Below are positions 1 to 10,094 of a stretch of 64,000 bases of DNA, piece by piece; the first letter of the stretch is position 1; each line of letters opens with the position of its first letter. The notes under the pieces were generated by a model. The model saw only the letters and a program-made list of their open reading frames with translations, was not told the origin of the DNA and searched no databases. The stretch comes from a virus, in IMG/VR virus record IMGVR_UViG_3300049927_000072, positions 1 through 64,000 of that record; one strand, 5' to 3'. The position numbers were made by a program, and so were the translations under genes.

Positions 1-176
1 ATGGTGCAAGCGAAAATCAAAATGATAATGATGCAGATTTGCAGCCCTGTCAGGTCGTCCAGCGGCTCGTCGTCATAGTCATTGTCGTTCGGCGGGATCG
101 GATAGCTCGGCATTGATTGCCCCCCCAGTGTGCCGAGAATGATCGAGCACCACATGAATGTAAAACAGGATCGGGT

Positions 177-353
177 TCATTCGGGGGGTTCCTTTTTCTT
201 GTTGATCTCGTAGTGATAGACGTGCCGGTATGGCGGGTGGCCGTTCCAGCCGTCGTTGATTTCCGTGATGATCGCGGCGTCGGCACCATCGATCCGTAGC
301 TGTGCATTCGGATTGAGCGTGAGCAGCGTGTCTATCAGGTCACCGACTGTCAT
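177..353 (-). CDS. hypothetical protein (58 aa, MTVGDLIDTLLTLNPNA...)
   Basis: Translated by hand; ATG at 353 with GGGGG SD upstream; below ORF-track cutoff. Confidence 0.55.
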   Translation of the reverse strand: MTVGDLIDTLLTLNPNAQLRIDGADAAIITEINDGWNGHPPYRHVYHYEINKKKEPPE

Positions 354-389
354 TATAAAGTACCCCCGGTTTCGATAAGGTATGTCTTA

Positions 390-1835
390 TCACAAGTTTG
401 TCTGCAACAGGACATCTCGCAGGCCAGTGCCGCTCACAACATCGGCGAGCAACAACTTACCCTCGACGATATCCCAGTTGCGATCATCGACTGTTCCGTA
501 CGTGCGCAACCGAATGATAGATACCGGCTTTCCACCTTTCATTGTCGCACGCTCTTCGGCCTGCGCGATTGTCTTCGCGTCCGGTGTGCTAGAAAAAAAC
601 AGCACCGCATCAGCTGCGGAAAAGTCTCGGCCCTCGCCGCCTGCCCCCGGCTGGCCGAGCAGCACGGTATATTTCAGATCATTTTGGAACGAGAGCCTGA
701 TGTCTTCACGATCTTCCGTGGGGACGCCCCCATGGTATTCGTGAAACCGATAGCCAGCCTCCTTGAGCTTGATCGCGCATCGCCGGATGTCTTCGCGAAA
801 ACGGCACCATATGATTGTCTTGCCCGGCAGCGTCCCATCCACTTGCTCGACCATCGCATCATAGATCGGCGCATCGGGATCAATGGTGACGATGCCTTCG
901 GGCGACATTACATAGCCGTTGAGAATTTGTTGCAGCTTCTGCACCCGCGGCCCTCCGTCGGGTGCGCTCACGCGAGCGTCGCCGATCTCGACCAAGTGGC
1001 GCGCGACCATCTCAAGATACGCACGACGTTGTATCTCCGACATAACGACCGGACGATCAATGCGGAGTAGCTCCGGCATGTCCTCGACATCGGAGCGCAG
1101 CACCACGGAAGAAAATCTCGCCATCTTGGCGCGAAGCTCTTCCATGTTCCGATAGCCCTTGAGCTTCGGCCGCTGTTTCCAATGACCCGGTTTTTTCTCA
1201 AAAATCCATTCGGCGAAATAATTGACGAACGGTGTATACTTTTCGAAGCCGAGCGCCATCGGCTGCAAGATTTCATAGATCGAAAACGCCCGCAGCGGCG
1301 AATTGAGAATGGCTGTGCCTGTCTCGACCGTCCGATACGTTGCATGCTTCGCTAGTCCGCGCGCGAGCCGTGTGCGTTTTGCGCCGGGGCGTCCGAAGTG
1401 ATGCGCCTCCGAGACGACAAGGTGAAACATGCGAAACGTGGCTTCCATAAATTCACGGATCGCGGCCTGACAATCCGGCACGATCAGTGCTTCCATATTC
1501 ACCGCGAACCATTTGGTGCCGCCCGGCGTGTCGATAAACTTGCGCCACGCTGCCTTAACTTCCCAGTCGTTACGGTTCGGCGTACTCCACGCGAATGTCA
1601 GATGCGGACCGGTCTCTTCTGACGCCCATTTTGGGATTTCATTTTTCGTCCAATTGATATGCACGCCGTTCGGCGCAATGATAAGCGCGCCGCCGACACG
1701 ATTGTGTTTTCGGTGGTAGCACGTCTTGTCAATCACGGCCTTGGATTTGCCAGTCCGCATAGACCATAGAAGCGCGCGCGCCTTCTTATCGCGCCCAATT
1801 TGAAATTCGTGCGCTTGGTGCCGCCAGTTAGGCAT
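390..1835 (-). CDS. SNF2-family DNA helicase
   Basis: Motif I variant SMRTGKS, motif II variant SEAHH, TGTAILNSP, helicase-C GGEGRDF and QAEERA; start set at ATG 1835 overlapping upstream stop. Confidence 0.9.
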   Translation of the reverse strand: MPNWRHQAHEFQIGRDKKARALLWSMRTGKSKAVIDKTCYHRKHNRVGGALIIAPNGVHINWTKNEIPKWASEETGPHLTFAWSTPNRNDWEVKAAWRKFIDTPGGTKWFAVNMEALIVPDCQAAIREFMEATFRMFHLVVSEAHHFGRPGAKRTRLARGLAKHATYRTVETGTAILNSPLRAFSIYEILQPMALGFEKYTPFVNYFAEWIFEKKPGHWKQRPKLKGYRNMEELRAKMARFSSVVLRSDVEDMPELLRIDRPVVMSEIQRRAYLEMVARHLVEIGDARVSAPDGGPRVQKLQQILNGYVMSPEGIVTIDPDAPIYDAMVEQVDGTLPGKTIIWCRFREDIRRCAIKLKEAGYRFHEYHGGVPTEDREDIRLSFQNDLKYTVLLGQPGAGGEGRDFSAADAVLFFSSTPDAKTIAQAEERATMKGGKPVSIIRLRTYGTVDDRNWDIVEGKLLLADVVSGTGLRDVLLQTNL

Positions 1836-2070
1836 TGGGCTTCGTCGTCGGGACGCGATCAGCCTTCGGGAGCAGCGCGCACTCCGGGCAGTATTGCTCC
1901 CAGTCATATCCGACAGGCTTCTGCGCAATCCAGCCGATGTCTTTCAATTCGTGAAAGCACTTGACGAATTCATCAATCGGTGAACCTTCATCGCCGTAAA
2001 ATTTATATTCTACGTGACAATGATCGCATGAGATCACCAACGTGTTGCTGTCAATTCTCTCGTGCGCCAT
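1828..2070 (-). CDS. small zinc-ribbon protein
   Basis: CDHC...CPEC pairs; ATG at 2070 with GGGG SD. Confidence 0.65.
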   Translation of the reverse strand: MAHERIDSNTLVISCDHCHVEYKFYGDEGSPIDEFVKCFHELKDIGWIAQKPVGYDWEQYCPECALLPKADRVPTTKPNA

Positions 2071-2965
2071 CTTCTGCCCCCTGTAGTGTGAATGTGCCGT
2101 GCACCCATTTCCAAGCCGGACGTGGAAACGTCCCGGCCTCTTTATCGCGCACGAGCATTCCTTCGTCCGTGCGCAATTTGACCTTGCCGACGCCACCGAG
2201 AAAATCGACCTCGATCAAATCATGGCCGCCGATGTCGCTGTATCCGTGAAAGTTGATCTTGTGCTTGATGCCCCATGTCTCGCGCAGATACCGGTACTCG
2301 CCGAACGCCTGCACAGAGTACGCCGCATAGCGCGTCAAGAACTGTTTCTCGGTATGCTCCGGCGTCCACGGGGTGATGATGATGTCGAGCGGGTTTTCAC
2401 TGTCGCGACCCCAGTCGTTGCCGCTGTCGGACATGAGTTGCGCGCGCTCGTCGGCGATGATGCGGCTATCAAGCTCGTCCTGAAAGGCCGGGATTGGCAG
2501 ATGCGACACGCCATACCACTCCCGCACGCAGTCATTGATCCGATGATCCCACGTGCGAAACTCTGGCATGTATTGTTTGACCGGCCGCGGCATATCCACG
2601 AGGTACGCTTCCGGGGCATCGTGCATCAAAATCTGCAAGCACTCGATTGGAGATTTCTTCAGCACCTGTTCAGCGTAGCTCGCGAGCAGGCACGAGTGCT
2701 GACCGACCGAGTAATGAAACTTGGTGTGGCCCGAGTAACGGCATTGCATGCTCAGCGCGTGCGCGATGTCGATCACTGAGATTGCGCTGGCTTCCGGAAA
2801 CAACGGGCGAAATTGCCGCCCAGTGTAGGTCTCGATAAACAGCGCTGCCTTATAGGCCGTGTCAGTCGGCAACGGTGGCGGCTGCACTGTTGGCAGCATG
2901 AGACCGCCGCCGGAGCGGATGTCGGCCTTTTCTTCTTCAATGTCCCGTCCCCCGATTTCGGTCAC
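2051..2965 (-). CDS. HD-domain phosphohydrolase (YfbR-like 5'-deoxynucleotidase)
   Basis: DIAHALS-CRY-GH, YSVGQHS, LMHDAPEAYLVD motifs. Confidence 0.85.
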   Translation of the reverse strand: MTEIGGRDIEEEKADIRSGGGLMLPTVQPPPLPTDTAYKAALFIETYTGRQFRPLFPEASAISVIDIAHALSMQCRYSGHTKFHYSVGQHSCLLASYAEQVLKKSPIECLQILMHDAPEAYLVDMPRPVKQYMPEFRTWDHRINDCVREWYGVSHLPIPAFQDELDSRIIADERAQLMSDSGNDWGRDSENPLDIIITPWTPEHTEKQFLTRYAAYSVQAFGEYRYLRETWGIKHKINFHGYSDIGGHDLIEVDFLGGVGKVKLRTDEGMLVRDKEAGTFPRPAWKWVHGTFTLQGAEDGAREN

Positions 2966-3228
2966 TCTGCAATCCCCTCTATGATGTCGAACTTGCGCAA
3001 GATGTCATGTGCAAACTCGTACGCCTCGTCCGAACGCAGGATAGTCCACGCGAGAACTTCCCCAGTGTCTTTACTAAAGTACACGAGCCGCACTTGCTTC
3101 GCCTCAACGTGCTCGTCGATGCGACAGACATTGGATAGATAGGCCGTATCGTTGATCCGAACCGCATTTATTTTCTCAAGCGCGGTCCTATCCAACCTTC
3201 GGCCGTGATCGGCATCCCCGGTGCCCAT
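2962..3228 (-). CDS. hypothetical protein (start uncertain)
   Basis: Fills gap between polymerase and HD gene with overlapping stop/start. Confidence 0.55.
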   Translation of the reverse strand: MGTGDADHGRRLDRTALEKINAVRINDTAYLSNVCRIDEHVEAKQVRLVYFSKDTGEVLAWTILRSDEAYEFAHDILRKFDIIEGIAE

Positions 3229-5465
3229 TTTGGTACCTCGCTCATTATGTTTTCAAACTCTTTGAGTGTGGCTGTGCCGATAGGAGCTTCGGCGATAACT
3301 TCGTCGTGGATCGAAAGCAAAAGATCGAACTCGTCCCGCTGGTCGACGCGGTACATCGCCTCTGCCAGTAAATCGCGCGATGATGCCTGATCGTAATTCT
3401 CTACGAGCGTTCCGCCGTGTGTGCCGCAGCGCTTCCACTTGCGCGTGAACGTATCGCGGCCCATGAACGAAAGATGCGGAGATAGGAACGTCTTGGGTGC
3501 CTCATTGAGCAAAGTTTTTTTCTGTTTACCGGCGAGCCGCTCGGCATGGTAGCGCGCCTTGCGCAACGGCACGCCCTGTCGCGACGGGAACATGACAACC
3601 GTCGGCTTACCGTTGGCGTTGAGCGCCTTGAAACGCCAGTTGACTTTAGTGTGCACTTCAGGATCAAGATACGCGAGCAAACGGCCGCTCGGCAGCCGAC
3701 AGTGCAGGAAGCGGCCCTCGACAAAGTAGGAGACCGCGCCCTGACCAAATTCATCACCGCCGCAGTAGTGCTCGCCGCCCTGCTCGACAGCGGCGATGGC
3801 TGTGTCATTGGTCGCCTTCCACAGCGCCGGAATTTCCGGGTACATTTCCTTGCGATAAATTTTCACAATCATTTGGCAGAACTCGTCTTCGAGCCAAATG
3901 CCCTCTTCAGCCCAGACGGTCGCCTGAAACTTCTCCCACCCCATCGCGTAGCCCAGACCAAGAATGGCTTTCTTACCGAGTTGGCGTTCGGTCGGATTAT
4001 CTTTTTTATTGAGGGGTCGTTTATAGATGGCCTCCGCCATCGTGATGTACGGATCGCCGCCGGTCTGAAATAGCGTGAGCAGTGGCGCGCAGCCGGAAAG
4101 CCACGCGAGCTTGCGCGCCTCGATTGCGTTGAAGTCCGCGGCGTACAATTCACAGCCCGGCGACGCGATCAGTGCACCGCGCGCCGCCTTCGAGAGATGC
4201 ACGAGCGGCTCGCCCCACATCATTGTGATAAACTCTCGGTCGAGCGCTAGAATATCATCCCACGCTTCGCCCATATCTTTTGAATGGCCGCGCACGAAGT
4301 TGTGTGGCTGCACGCCTTTGCCAGACCATCGGCCGGTACGGTCCGCGCCGTTGTAGAGCATGATGTCGTGCAGGCGACCATCGGGGCAGACTGAGTTGAG
4401 CATCGCGCGGAATTTTGCCGTCGATGATCGGTTGACTTCGAGACAGATTTCCATTGCGCGCTTTACTTCAACGCCGTTCGGCCCGATATCTTCCCATACT
4501 TTCTCACGTCCGGGGCGTGCGGCTTCCTTGGCCTCTTCGCCAGCTTTCGTTGGAACGCCGTACAGTGCCATCGACAGCGTGTTGGCTTGCATGTCAGGCA
4601 GACCGGTTATCTCGCCGCCGGAGATTGCTTGCAGTCTTCCGTTGATCCACTTGCGCAGAGGGATGCGCTGCGATCCTTTTTCGATGCCAGTGAACGAATG
4701 CAATTCTTTATTGAGCCGATCCGCCTCGACTTTAGCCATGTCGAGCGCAATCCTAGCTGCGTCGAGATCGAGAGTGATGCCCCGCTGGTTCATGCGGAAA
4801 TCCATCACCCAATATTCGCGCTCGCGCTCCGACATCTCCGGCAGCCATTCGGAATAGCTGCGCTCGGTGCGAACGTCCTGCCCGCAGTAGAGCCAATTTT
4901 TTCGATGCTCGGCTTCCTCTTCGCAGAACTCCATCACGGTCGTGATCGTGGTCGCATCCTTTTTCGTGAAGCCTAACGCGATCAATTCGGGGTCAACCAC
5001 GCGGATAGTGCGCCGACGCGGCTTGCTCAGCTTGGTGATAAGTCGGCGACCGTCAGTATCCTTGCGCTGATCCAGCCCGGCGGCTGCGGCGGCGTCGCCC
5101 AGTCTTCGCGGCATCGATACGCACGAGCCTTTTGCGGCGGAGCAATACAATTGCTCTAACTTGATCTCAACATCGAACTCTGGAAATTCTCGGCGTAGCG
5201 TTTCATTCCAAGTATAAAACTCGAAGCCCGCGTTGTGAGCTTCAATTGGCTCGCCGTCACGAATGCGCTCGATTAGTTCATCAGGCCGCGGAGATTTTTC
5301 GATCCAAGGGTGATCGCGGTGCCATAGCTCGACTTCTTCAATCGGGCGCTCACTAAAATTCCAGCACAGGCAAAGAGCTTGCGTAGCTCGATCCATCGCA
5401 TAGCGCATCGCGCCGACCTTTGTCAGATCAACGACGCCGCGCGTTTCAAAGTCGAGTGTGATCAC
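3168..5465 (-). CDS. polA: DNA polymerase family A with 3'-5' exonuclease domain
   Basis: ExoI DFET, HNAGFE, TGRWS, motif A DFNAIEAR, motif B RQLGKKAILGLGY, motif C HDE. Confidence 0.95.
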   Translation of the reverse strand: MITLDFETRGVVDLTKVGAMRYAMDRATQALCLCWNFSERPIEEVELWHRDHPWIEKSPRPDELIERIRDGEPIEAHNAGFEFYTWNETLRREFPEFDVEIKLEQLYCSAAKGSCVSMPRRLGDAAAAAGLDQRKDTDGRRLITKLSKPRRRTIRVVDPELIALGFTKKDATTITTVMEFCEEEAEHRKNWLYCGQDVRTERSYSEWLPEMSEREREYWVMDFRMNQRGITLDLDAARIALDMAKVEADRLNKELHSFTGIEKGSQRIPLRKWINGRLQAISGGEITGLPDMQANTLSMALYGVPTKAGEEAKEAARPGREKVWEDIGPNGVEVKRAMEICLEVNRSSTAKFRAMLNSVCPDGRLHDIMLYNGADRTGRWSGKGVQPHNFVRGHSKDMGEAWDDILALDREFITMMWGEPLVHLSKAARGALIASPGCELYAADFNAIEARKLAWLSGCAPLLTLFQTGGDPYITMAEAIYKRPLNKKDNPTERQLGKKAILGLGYAMGWEKFQATVWAEEGIWLEDEFCQMIVKIYRKEMYPEIPALWKATNDTAIAAVEQGGEHYCGGDEFGQGAVSYFVEGRFLHCRLPSGRLLAYLDPEVHTKVNWRFKALNANGKPTVVMFPSRQGVPLRKARYHAERLAGKQKKTLLNEAPKTFLSPHLSFMGRDTFTRKWKRCGTHGGTLVENYDQASSRDLLAEAMYRVDQRDEFDLLLSIHDEVIAEAPIGTATLKEFENIMSEVPKWAPGMPITAEGWIGPRLRK

Positions 5466-5824
5466 AGCGAGAATGGCCCCCCATAAACGGGCGGCACTTT
5501 GTGGAAAACTTCCTGCGGAACGTGGCGCTTGAACTCTTCATACAAAGTTGGGTGCACGTACAGGCGATCTTTGGTGAAAAATGCGGTCGGCTTTTGCACA
5601 AACTCGCCGCCGTATCGCTTGCACAACTTCTTATGCATGCGCATAGACCGATGCTTCGAGAATGGGAACAGACGCTCTTTGGTTTTCTCAAGCGCGTGCG
5701 GCGTTAGTACGATATGACGGCCGAGCCCATACCCGGGGCTTGGTATCCCGTCCACCACCATCGCCCGCATAGCTTCGCGGATCGTCTCAACTGAGATTGT
5801 TTCAAGCGAGGTTGTTGACATCAC
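5462..5824 (-). CDS. hypothetical protein
   Basis: Operon-coupled ORF. Confidence 0.6.
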   Translation of the reverse strand: MMSTTSLETISVETIREAMRAMVVDGIPSPGYGLGRHIVLTPHALEKTKERLFPFSKHRSMRMHKKLCKRYGGEFVQKPTAFFTKDRLYVHPTLYEEFKRHVPQEVFHKVPPVYGGPFSL

Positions 5825-6026
5825 CTACCACGCGCAGCGTTGGCTTGAGAAATTCAGCCAGAGCGTCGCGTGCTTCCTGTCGTGCGTCCGCGACCGCATC
5901 GAATGCGGCGACTGGCGGCGTTTTGAAATTCGGCGGATTGCTGTGGATCGAGACTGCAACCGCGACCGACATCGTCTCGAAGGCTTCGACCACACGCTCG
6001 ATTTTCGTGTTGACTACGGCGTTCAC
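5802..6026 (-). CDS. hypothetical protein
   Basis: Operon-coupled ORF. Confidence 0.6.
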   Translation of the reverse strand: MNAVVNTKIERVVEAFETMSVAVAVSIHSNPPNFKTPPVAAFDAVADARQEARDALAEFLKPTLRVVGDVNNLA

Positions 6027-6256
6027 TAGACCAAGTCCTCGTCACGCCCGGCCAGATACGATAAGCGTGCGCCGATCATCGCCAACTCTTGCCGATTGCA
6101 ATAGTGCTTGACTTTGAACGTGCCTTCGTCTTCGCGGTCGATACAGACCACGACTATAGCTGTCGGGTTCGGAACCATTTCGAGGCAGTCATCGAGAATA
6201 TGCTGCACGCTCGGTGCAGCGCCGGGAAATAGCACAACGTTTTTCTTGTCGGCCAT
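6026..6256 (-). CDS. hypothetical protein
   Basis: ATG with GGGGGAC SD. Confidence 0.65.
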   Translation of the reverse strand: MADKKNVVLFPGAAPSVQHILDDCLEMVPNPTAIVVVCIDREDEGTFKVKHYCNRQELAMIGARLSYLAGRDEDLV

Positions 6257-6270
6257 GATGGTCCCCCTCG

Positions 6271-6304
6271 AAAAGTACCCGGTGGCCTTTTACAGCCACC
6301 GGGT
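6271..6304 (-). terminator. probable intrinsic terminator after SSB
   Basis: 10-bp stem ACCCGGTGGC/GCCACCGGGT followed by U-run on minus strand. Confidence 0.6.
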
Positions 6305-6350
6305 TGCCCCCAAGTCACTCGCCTCCCCAAAGGCGAGCGTCCCCCGTTTC

Positions 6351-7019
6351 TTAGCCGAGCGGATCAGCGTCGGCAGTCTCTTCAACTCCGAGATCATCGC
6401 CTGCGTCGAACTCTGCGGCATCGCCGCCGAAGTCATCTTCCGCAGTCGAGAAGCCGGAGAAGCTTTCACCGTCGGCGAGCTTTTGCAGATTGCCCAGTCC
6501 GATGCTGACACCTTTGCCAAACTTATTATCGAAGGCGTACGGCAGGACGGACGCGCGAGCGTAGCACCCTGCGTAGAAATCACCTTCGTTTTCGATTGTG
6601 ATCGGCTGGCCCTTGCCGTCCACGACATTCGGGCGGCGCTTGGTCGAGGCCATCACGAAGAATGCGATGCCCGGGCCGTAGCCGTCGATGTCTGGCTTGG
6701 TTTCGCCACGCCGATACCAGATTGTCTGGCCCTTCGGAGTGAGCACTGTAGGAAGTCCGCACACCTTGAACGACGGGTTTGCCTTGACCATATCGTTGAG
6801 TGATTTCTTGAACTTCTCAATGCAAACGTCGTCCAGACGCTTGCGGATCGCAGACCACTTTGCTTTTTCGTCATCCGAAAACCCGGATGGTTGGAAAAGT
6901 CCGGTCACCGAGTATCGGCCCGCACTGCCTTCGAATGAAGATTTTTCGAACACGCTCGGAAAGCTAACCCGAAACTTCGGCGTGAGTAGCGTAGCGCTTT
7001 TTCCTTCTGCCATTGTCAT
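6351..7019 (-). CDS. DUF2815-family single-stranded DNA-binding protein
   Basis: RVSFPSVF, FYAGCYARAS, GVSIGLGNLQKLADGE, acidic tail. Confidence 0.88.
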   Translation of the reverse strand: MTMAEGKSATLLTPKFRVSFPSVFEKSSFEGSAGRYSVTGLFQPSGFSDDEKAKWSAIRKRLDDVCIEKFKKSLNDMVKANPSFKVCGLPTVLTPKGQTIWYRRGETKPDIDGYGPGIAFFVMASTKRRPNVVDGKGQPITIENEGDFYAGCYARASVLPYAFDNKFGKGVSIGLGNLQKLADGESFSGFSTAEDDFGGDAAEFDAGDDLGVEETADADPLG

Positions 7020-7071
7020 CCCCCTCTATCTGTTTTGCAATATATCGACGTTGGCGCATTGTGCGTAGCAG

Positions 7072-7251
7072 CTATGTTTTCGGCTTGTCAACTTTTTCGA
7101 CAGGAAAATTTTTTATCGGGACAGCTTGACTTGGATCGGCAGAGCCGCGCAGTCCGTTGCGCATCCACTCACGCAAGTTTGTCATATGCGCCGTGATTTG
7201 TTTGCGCCGCTCTTCGCAGTTATCGCAGTCCTTGAAAGGATTGAAGCTCAT
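7072..7251 (-). CDS. hypothetical protein (CxxC)
   Basis: ATG 7251 overlapping upstream stop. Confidence 0.5.
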   Translation of the reverse strand: MSFNPFKDCDNCEERRKQITAHMTNLREWMRNGLRGSADPSQAVPIKNFPVEKVDKPKT

Positions 7252-7349
7252 TTGACTTCGAACGCTGCAAAGAATAGCAGCCATCCAATGATCCAGTGCT
7301 CGGTTTCGCACCACATATAAAACGCGGCAAGCAAGAGAAGCGGCTCCAT
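7248..7349 (-). CDS. small membrane protein
   Basis: MEPLLLLAAFYMW... hydrophobic 33 aa, GGGGAG SD. Confidence 0.5.
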   Translation of the reverse strand: MEPLLLLAAFYMWCETEHWIIGWLLFFAAFEVK

Positions 7350-7351
7350 TA

Positions 7352-7957
7352 TCAACTCCCCATGGGTGGCAGTACGAAACAGAAAACGTTCATGATCGCC
7401 TGCTCGTAGGTGCTGAGAAAAAGCACGCCGTGTCCTGTCGGGTTGCCATCTTTCGGTGGATTGACGCGCTCTTTGGGCACTTCGACTTTCGTCCCGTTCG
7501 CGATATACGCGCGGATCGACCCATCGGGATAGGTGATCGCGGAACCATCGGTGATAACAGCCGTATAGCTTCCGTCCGGATGTTTCTCGTACAGGTCCGC
7601 CGCATAAGCATCTCCGTAGCCGCAGCAACTATTGTTTGTGCCCGGCACTTTTAGCGTTTCGAACCAGTGCGCCGTCGGATTGTTTGGGTCGAAGCCTTTC
7701 TCCGCCCGCGCGTAGCTCACGAGCAAAATCAAGGCGATCACAATGGCGGCCGAGAGGCCCATGCCCGCAAAGAACGCGCGCACGTATCGAACTTTAGCGT
7801 ATGGGCTCGTGGTGCGGTTAAGCCGGATGCGATCCATCATCGCCTCAAGCTCCGACTTCTCGCGCAATATGCGGCAGCCAGTGCCGCACCAATCGCACTT
7901 GCTATCGGCGCGGCCCTCCCATTCGTGATGGCACTTGAGACACTTCAAGATCGGCAC
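7352..7957 (-). CDS. membrane-anchored protein: N-terminal Zn ribbon, TM helix, Cys-containing periplasmic domain
   Basis: CLKC/CDWC, hydrophobic helix, WF...SCCG..DA domain. Confidence 0.6.
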   Translation of the reverse strand: MPILKCLKCHHEWEGRADSKCDWCGTGCRILREKSELEAMMDRIRLNRTTSPYAKVRYVRAFFAGMGLSAAIVIALILLVSYARAEKGFDPNNPTAHWFETLKVPGTNNSCCGYGDAYAADLYEKHPDGSYTAVITDGSAITYPDGSIRAYIANGTKVEVPKERVNPPKDGNPTGHGVLFLSTYEQAIMNVFCFVLPPMGS

Positions 7958-8224
7958 TTAGGCCACCATCCCTAGGGCCGCCATGTACACTTCGAGGATG
8001 GCGTCTTGCTCGCGCCGCTCGTCAGTGTCGAGCTTGCGCAGTCGGATCAGCGTGCGCAGCGCTTTGATGTCAAGGCCGGTGCCCTTGGCTTCGGCGTAGA
8101 CATCGCGGATGTCGTCAGCCATTGCCCGCTTCTCTTCTTCGAGCCGCTCAATGCGCTCGATAAACGCCTTGATCGAACTCTTTGCGACCTGCATGCCGCT
8201 CTTGATCTCTTCAGCCTTCGCCAT
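7958..8224 (-). CDS. gapR: GapR-like nucleoid-associated protein (DUF2312)
   Basis: [12 protein letters not shown]...[20 protein letters not shown]...YMAALGM signature. Confidence 0.93.
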   Translation of the reverse strand: MAKAEEIKSGMQVAKSSIKAFIERIERLEEEKRAMADDIRDVYAEAKGTGLDIKALRTLIRLRKLDTDERREQDAILEVYMAALGMVA

Positions 8225-8480
8225 GGTCTTCCCCCTCTGTTGGTTCAACGTGTAATGCGACCGGCGGCTGCACGCCGCCGACCGTCAACAAAATTGTGCC
8301 GCCGTCTTGCAGCGCCTGTATCTCTTCGAGCGTCGGCTTCCATGTGCTGACAAATTCCTTACCGCGCACTGTATCTTCCACCCGCACCGACAGTGTGCGG
8401 ACCGGACCGCGCACGCTCTCGTCCCATTCTTTCGGCTTGCCGAACAGGTGCGTGGCGTTCTTTGTTGGGACCGGCATCAT
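8211..8480 (-). CDS. hypothetical phage protein
   Basis: GKPKEWD...STWKPT.EE...L..GG pattern; operon-coupled. Confidence 0.65.
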   Translation of the reverse strand: MMPVPTKNATHLFGKPKEWDESVRGPVRTLSVRVEDTVRGKEFVSTWKPTLEEIQALQDGGTILLTVGGVQPPVALHVEPTEGEDHGEG

Positions 8481-8779
8481 ATCGGAATGCCGTTCTTGCG
8501 CTGCTCGACCATGAGCGCATTCTCGCGATTGACTGCGTACTCAACTGCGTCAGCGATGCGGATCATCTCTGGCGTCCCGTGCTTCAGATAGGCGACGCAC
8601 GCGCCCAAGATTATCCCCGGTGACATCGGATTTTCATGGATGATCTTCAGCAGCTTCGCGTGTTCGGCATTGAGATCATAAAAGACACCCGGCTTCAGGC
8701 CCTGAAGCTCGCGGCGCTCACGAGCATTCAACATTTGATCGATAAACTTTTGATTTTTATCGTTCGGAATTTCACTCAT
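8477..8779 (-). CDS. hypothetical protein
   Basis: ATG 8779 overlapping DUF2800 gene end. Confidence 0.6.
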   Translation of the reverse strand: MSEIPNDKNQKFIDQMLNARERRELQGLKPGVFYDLNAEHAKLLKIIHENPMSPGIILGACVAYLKHGTPEMIRIADAVEYAVNRENALMVEQRKNGIPI

Positions 8780-10094
8780 GTTCAATATCCTCACCCTCGA
8801 TTGGATCATCTGCAAAGTCGGCCCCCGCGATCAGCGCGAGATCGATGGCCGCACGAGGATCACTCTCGTCGGCGACGGTGATTTTGCCCGGCGGCGTGAT
8901 TGCAAGCTCGGAAACGAGAGCCTTGAGAAGTTTACGTGTTGCCTTGTCGCCGATCTTCTCGACCTTCGCTGGCGAGACAGGCTTCGGCTCAACCCACAGG
9001 AAGTCTTTGATCTTTTTGAATAGCGGCGATCCAAGCTCGCCAGCGACGCGGCGCTCAAGTTCAGTGCCGGTCACGCTCCACTTGCGTTTGGTTCGGCCTT
9101 CGACGAGCTTAAAGCCCGGCACGATCTTGCCCTCCATAAGCTGTGCCTGTACGTCGCGCTCGATCTCGCGCGCCCACTGGTCGATAAGCGGTATCCATCG
9201 CGCCTTGCGTGAAAGCTCGGCACGATATCCCTCCCCGTCGTCGGCGAGGTCACCGTCGGTCGGGATCAACAGCGGCCCGGGCGGCGGATCAATTCCAAAT
9301 TCGGCGAGTGTCTCGTCGTAGGCGACACGATCAAATTCTTTGCAGCGTGTCTTTGCAGGACACCACTTGCACCAATCCCCGACACGCAGCGGCGCATTCG
9401 GTTTACTCGTGGCGTCGGCCGCTTCCTTCATTTTAATTTCGAACAACTTCAACTCGTCGCACGTATATTTTTCCGAGCGAATGTAGCCATCCTCGTGCGG
9501 TGCGTTCGGCTGCACGATGGTGACTTCAACTTCCTCTGCGTCCGGATGCTCATGCAAAATGCCTACAGCATAGTTTTTCAGTTGCTCGTTGTCTTTTACT
9601 TCAACAACATTGTAGCCGTTCTTGTAGTCGAGCAGCTTCGCCAGCCCAAACGGCTCGACTAGCGTTTTATCCGCCGTGCCACCAAGCCGATCATCGAGCC
9701 ACGACATATTGATAAACCGCTCGTTGAACTCTTCGGGCTTGAACATTTCCTCTTTGGAGCGCTCGACTTCGTCGATAAACATCTGCACGCCTTCGACCAT
9801 CTTGCTGTCGACCGGAAAGGCGTGCCAGCCGGGCTGCAACTCCGTCGGGTTGAATGCATTGACCAGAATGGTTTCTTCAGTGCCCGGCTCGTGCACAATG
9901 GCAGTCCAGCCGTGATACTTGCGAGCATCGGTCTCGCCGTTGTTGCCCATGACCTCGATCACCTTGTGCGCGGCAGTGCCGAGCATCGCGGCCGAGTTTG
10001 TCGTAGAGCTTTCGTCGCCGATCAGTGCGACCGATCCCGCACAATTCATCCAACGATGCGCCGATGACGGTGAGAGTTTTGCGTGAAATGCCAT
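8772..10094 (-). CDS. DUF2800 / Cas4-like PD-(D/E)XK exonuclease
   Basis: HAKLSPSSAHRW.NC.GS, GTAD, DYKNG, QL..YA, WCKWCPAK..C. Confidence 0.9.
   Translation of the reverse strand: MAFHAKLSPSSAHRWMNCAGSVALIGDESSTTNSAAMLGTAAHKVIEVMGNNGETDARKYHGWTAIVHEPGTEETILVNAFNPTELQPGWHAFPVDSKMVEGVQMFIDEVERSKEEMFKPEEFNERFINMSWLDDRLGGTADKTLVEPFGLAKLLDYKNGYNVVEVKDNEQLKNYAVGILHEHPDAEEVEVTIVQPNAPHEDGYIRSEKYTCDELKLFEIKMKEAADATSKPNAPLRVGDWCKWCPAKTRCKEFDRVAYDETLAEFGIDPPPGPLLIPTDGDLADDGEGYRAELSRKARWIPLIDQWAREIERDVQAQLMEGKIVPGFKLVEGRTKRKWSVTGTELERRVAGELGSPLFKKIKDFLWVEPKPVSPAKVEKIGDKATRKLLKALVSELAITPPGKITVADESDPRAAIDLALIAGADFADDPIEGEDIEHE

Noticed and set aside
8772-10094. Cas4 as evidence for a CRISPR system
   Set aside because: It is the DUF2800 replication-module nuclease that accompanies DUF2815 and PolA.
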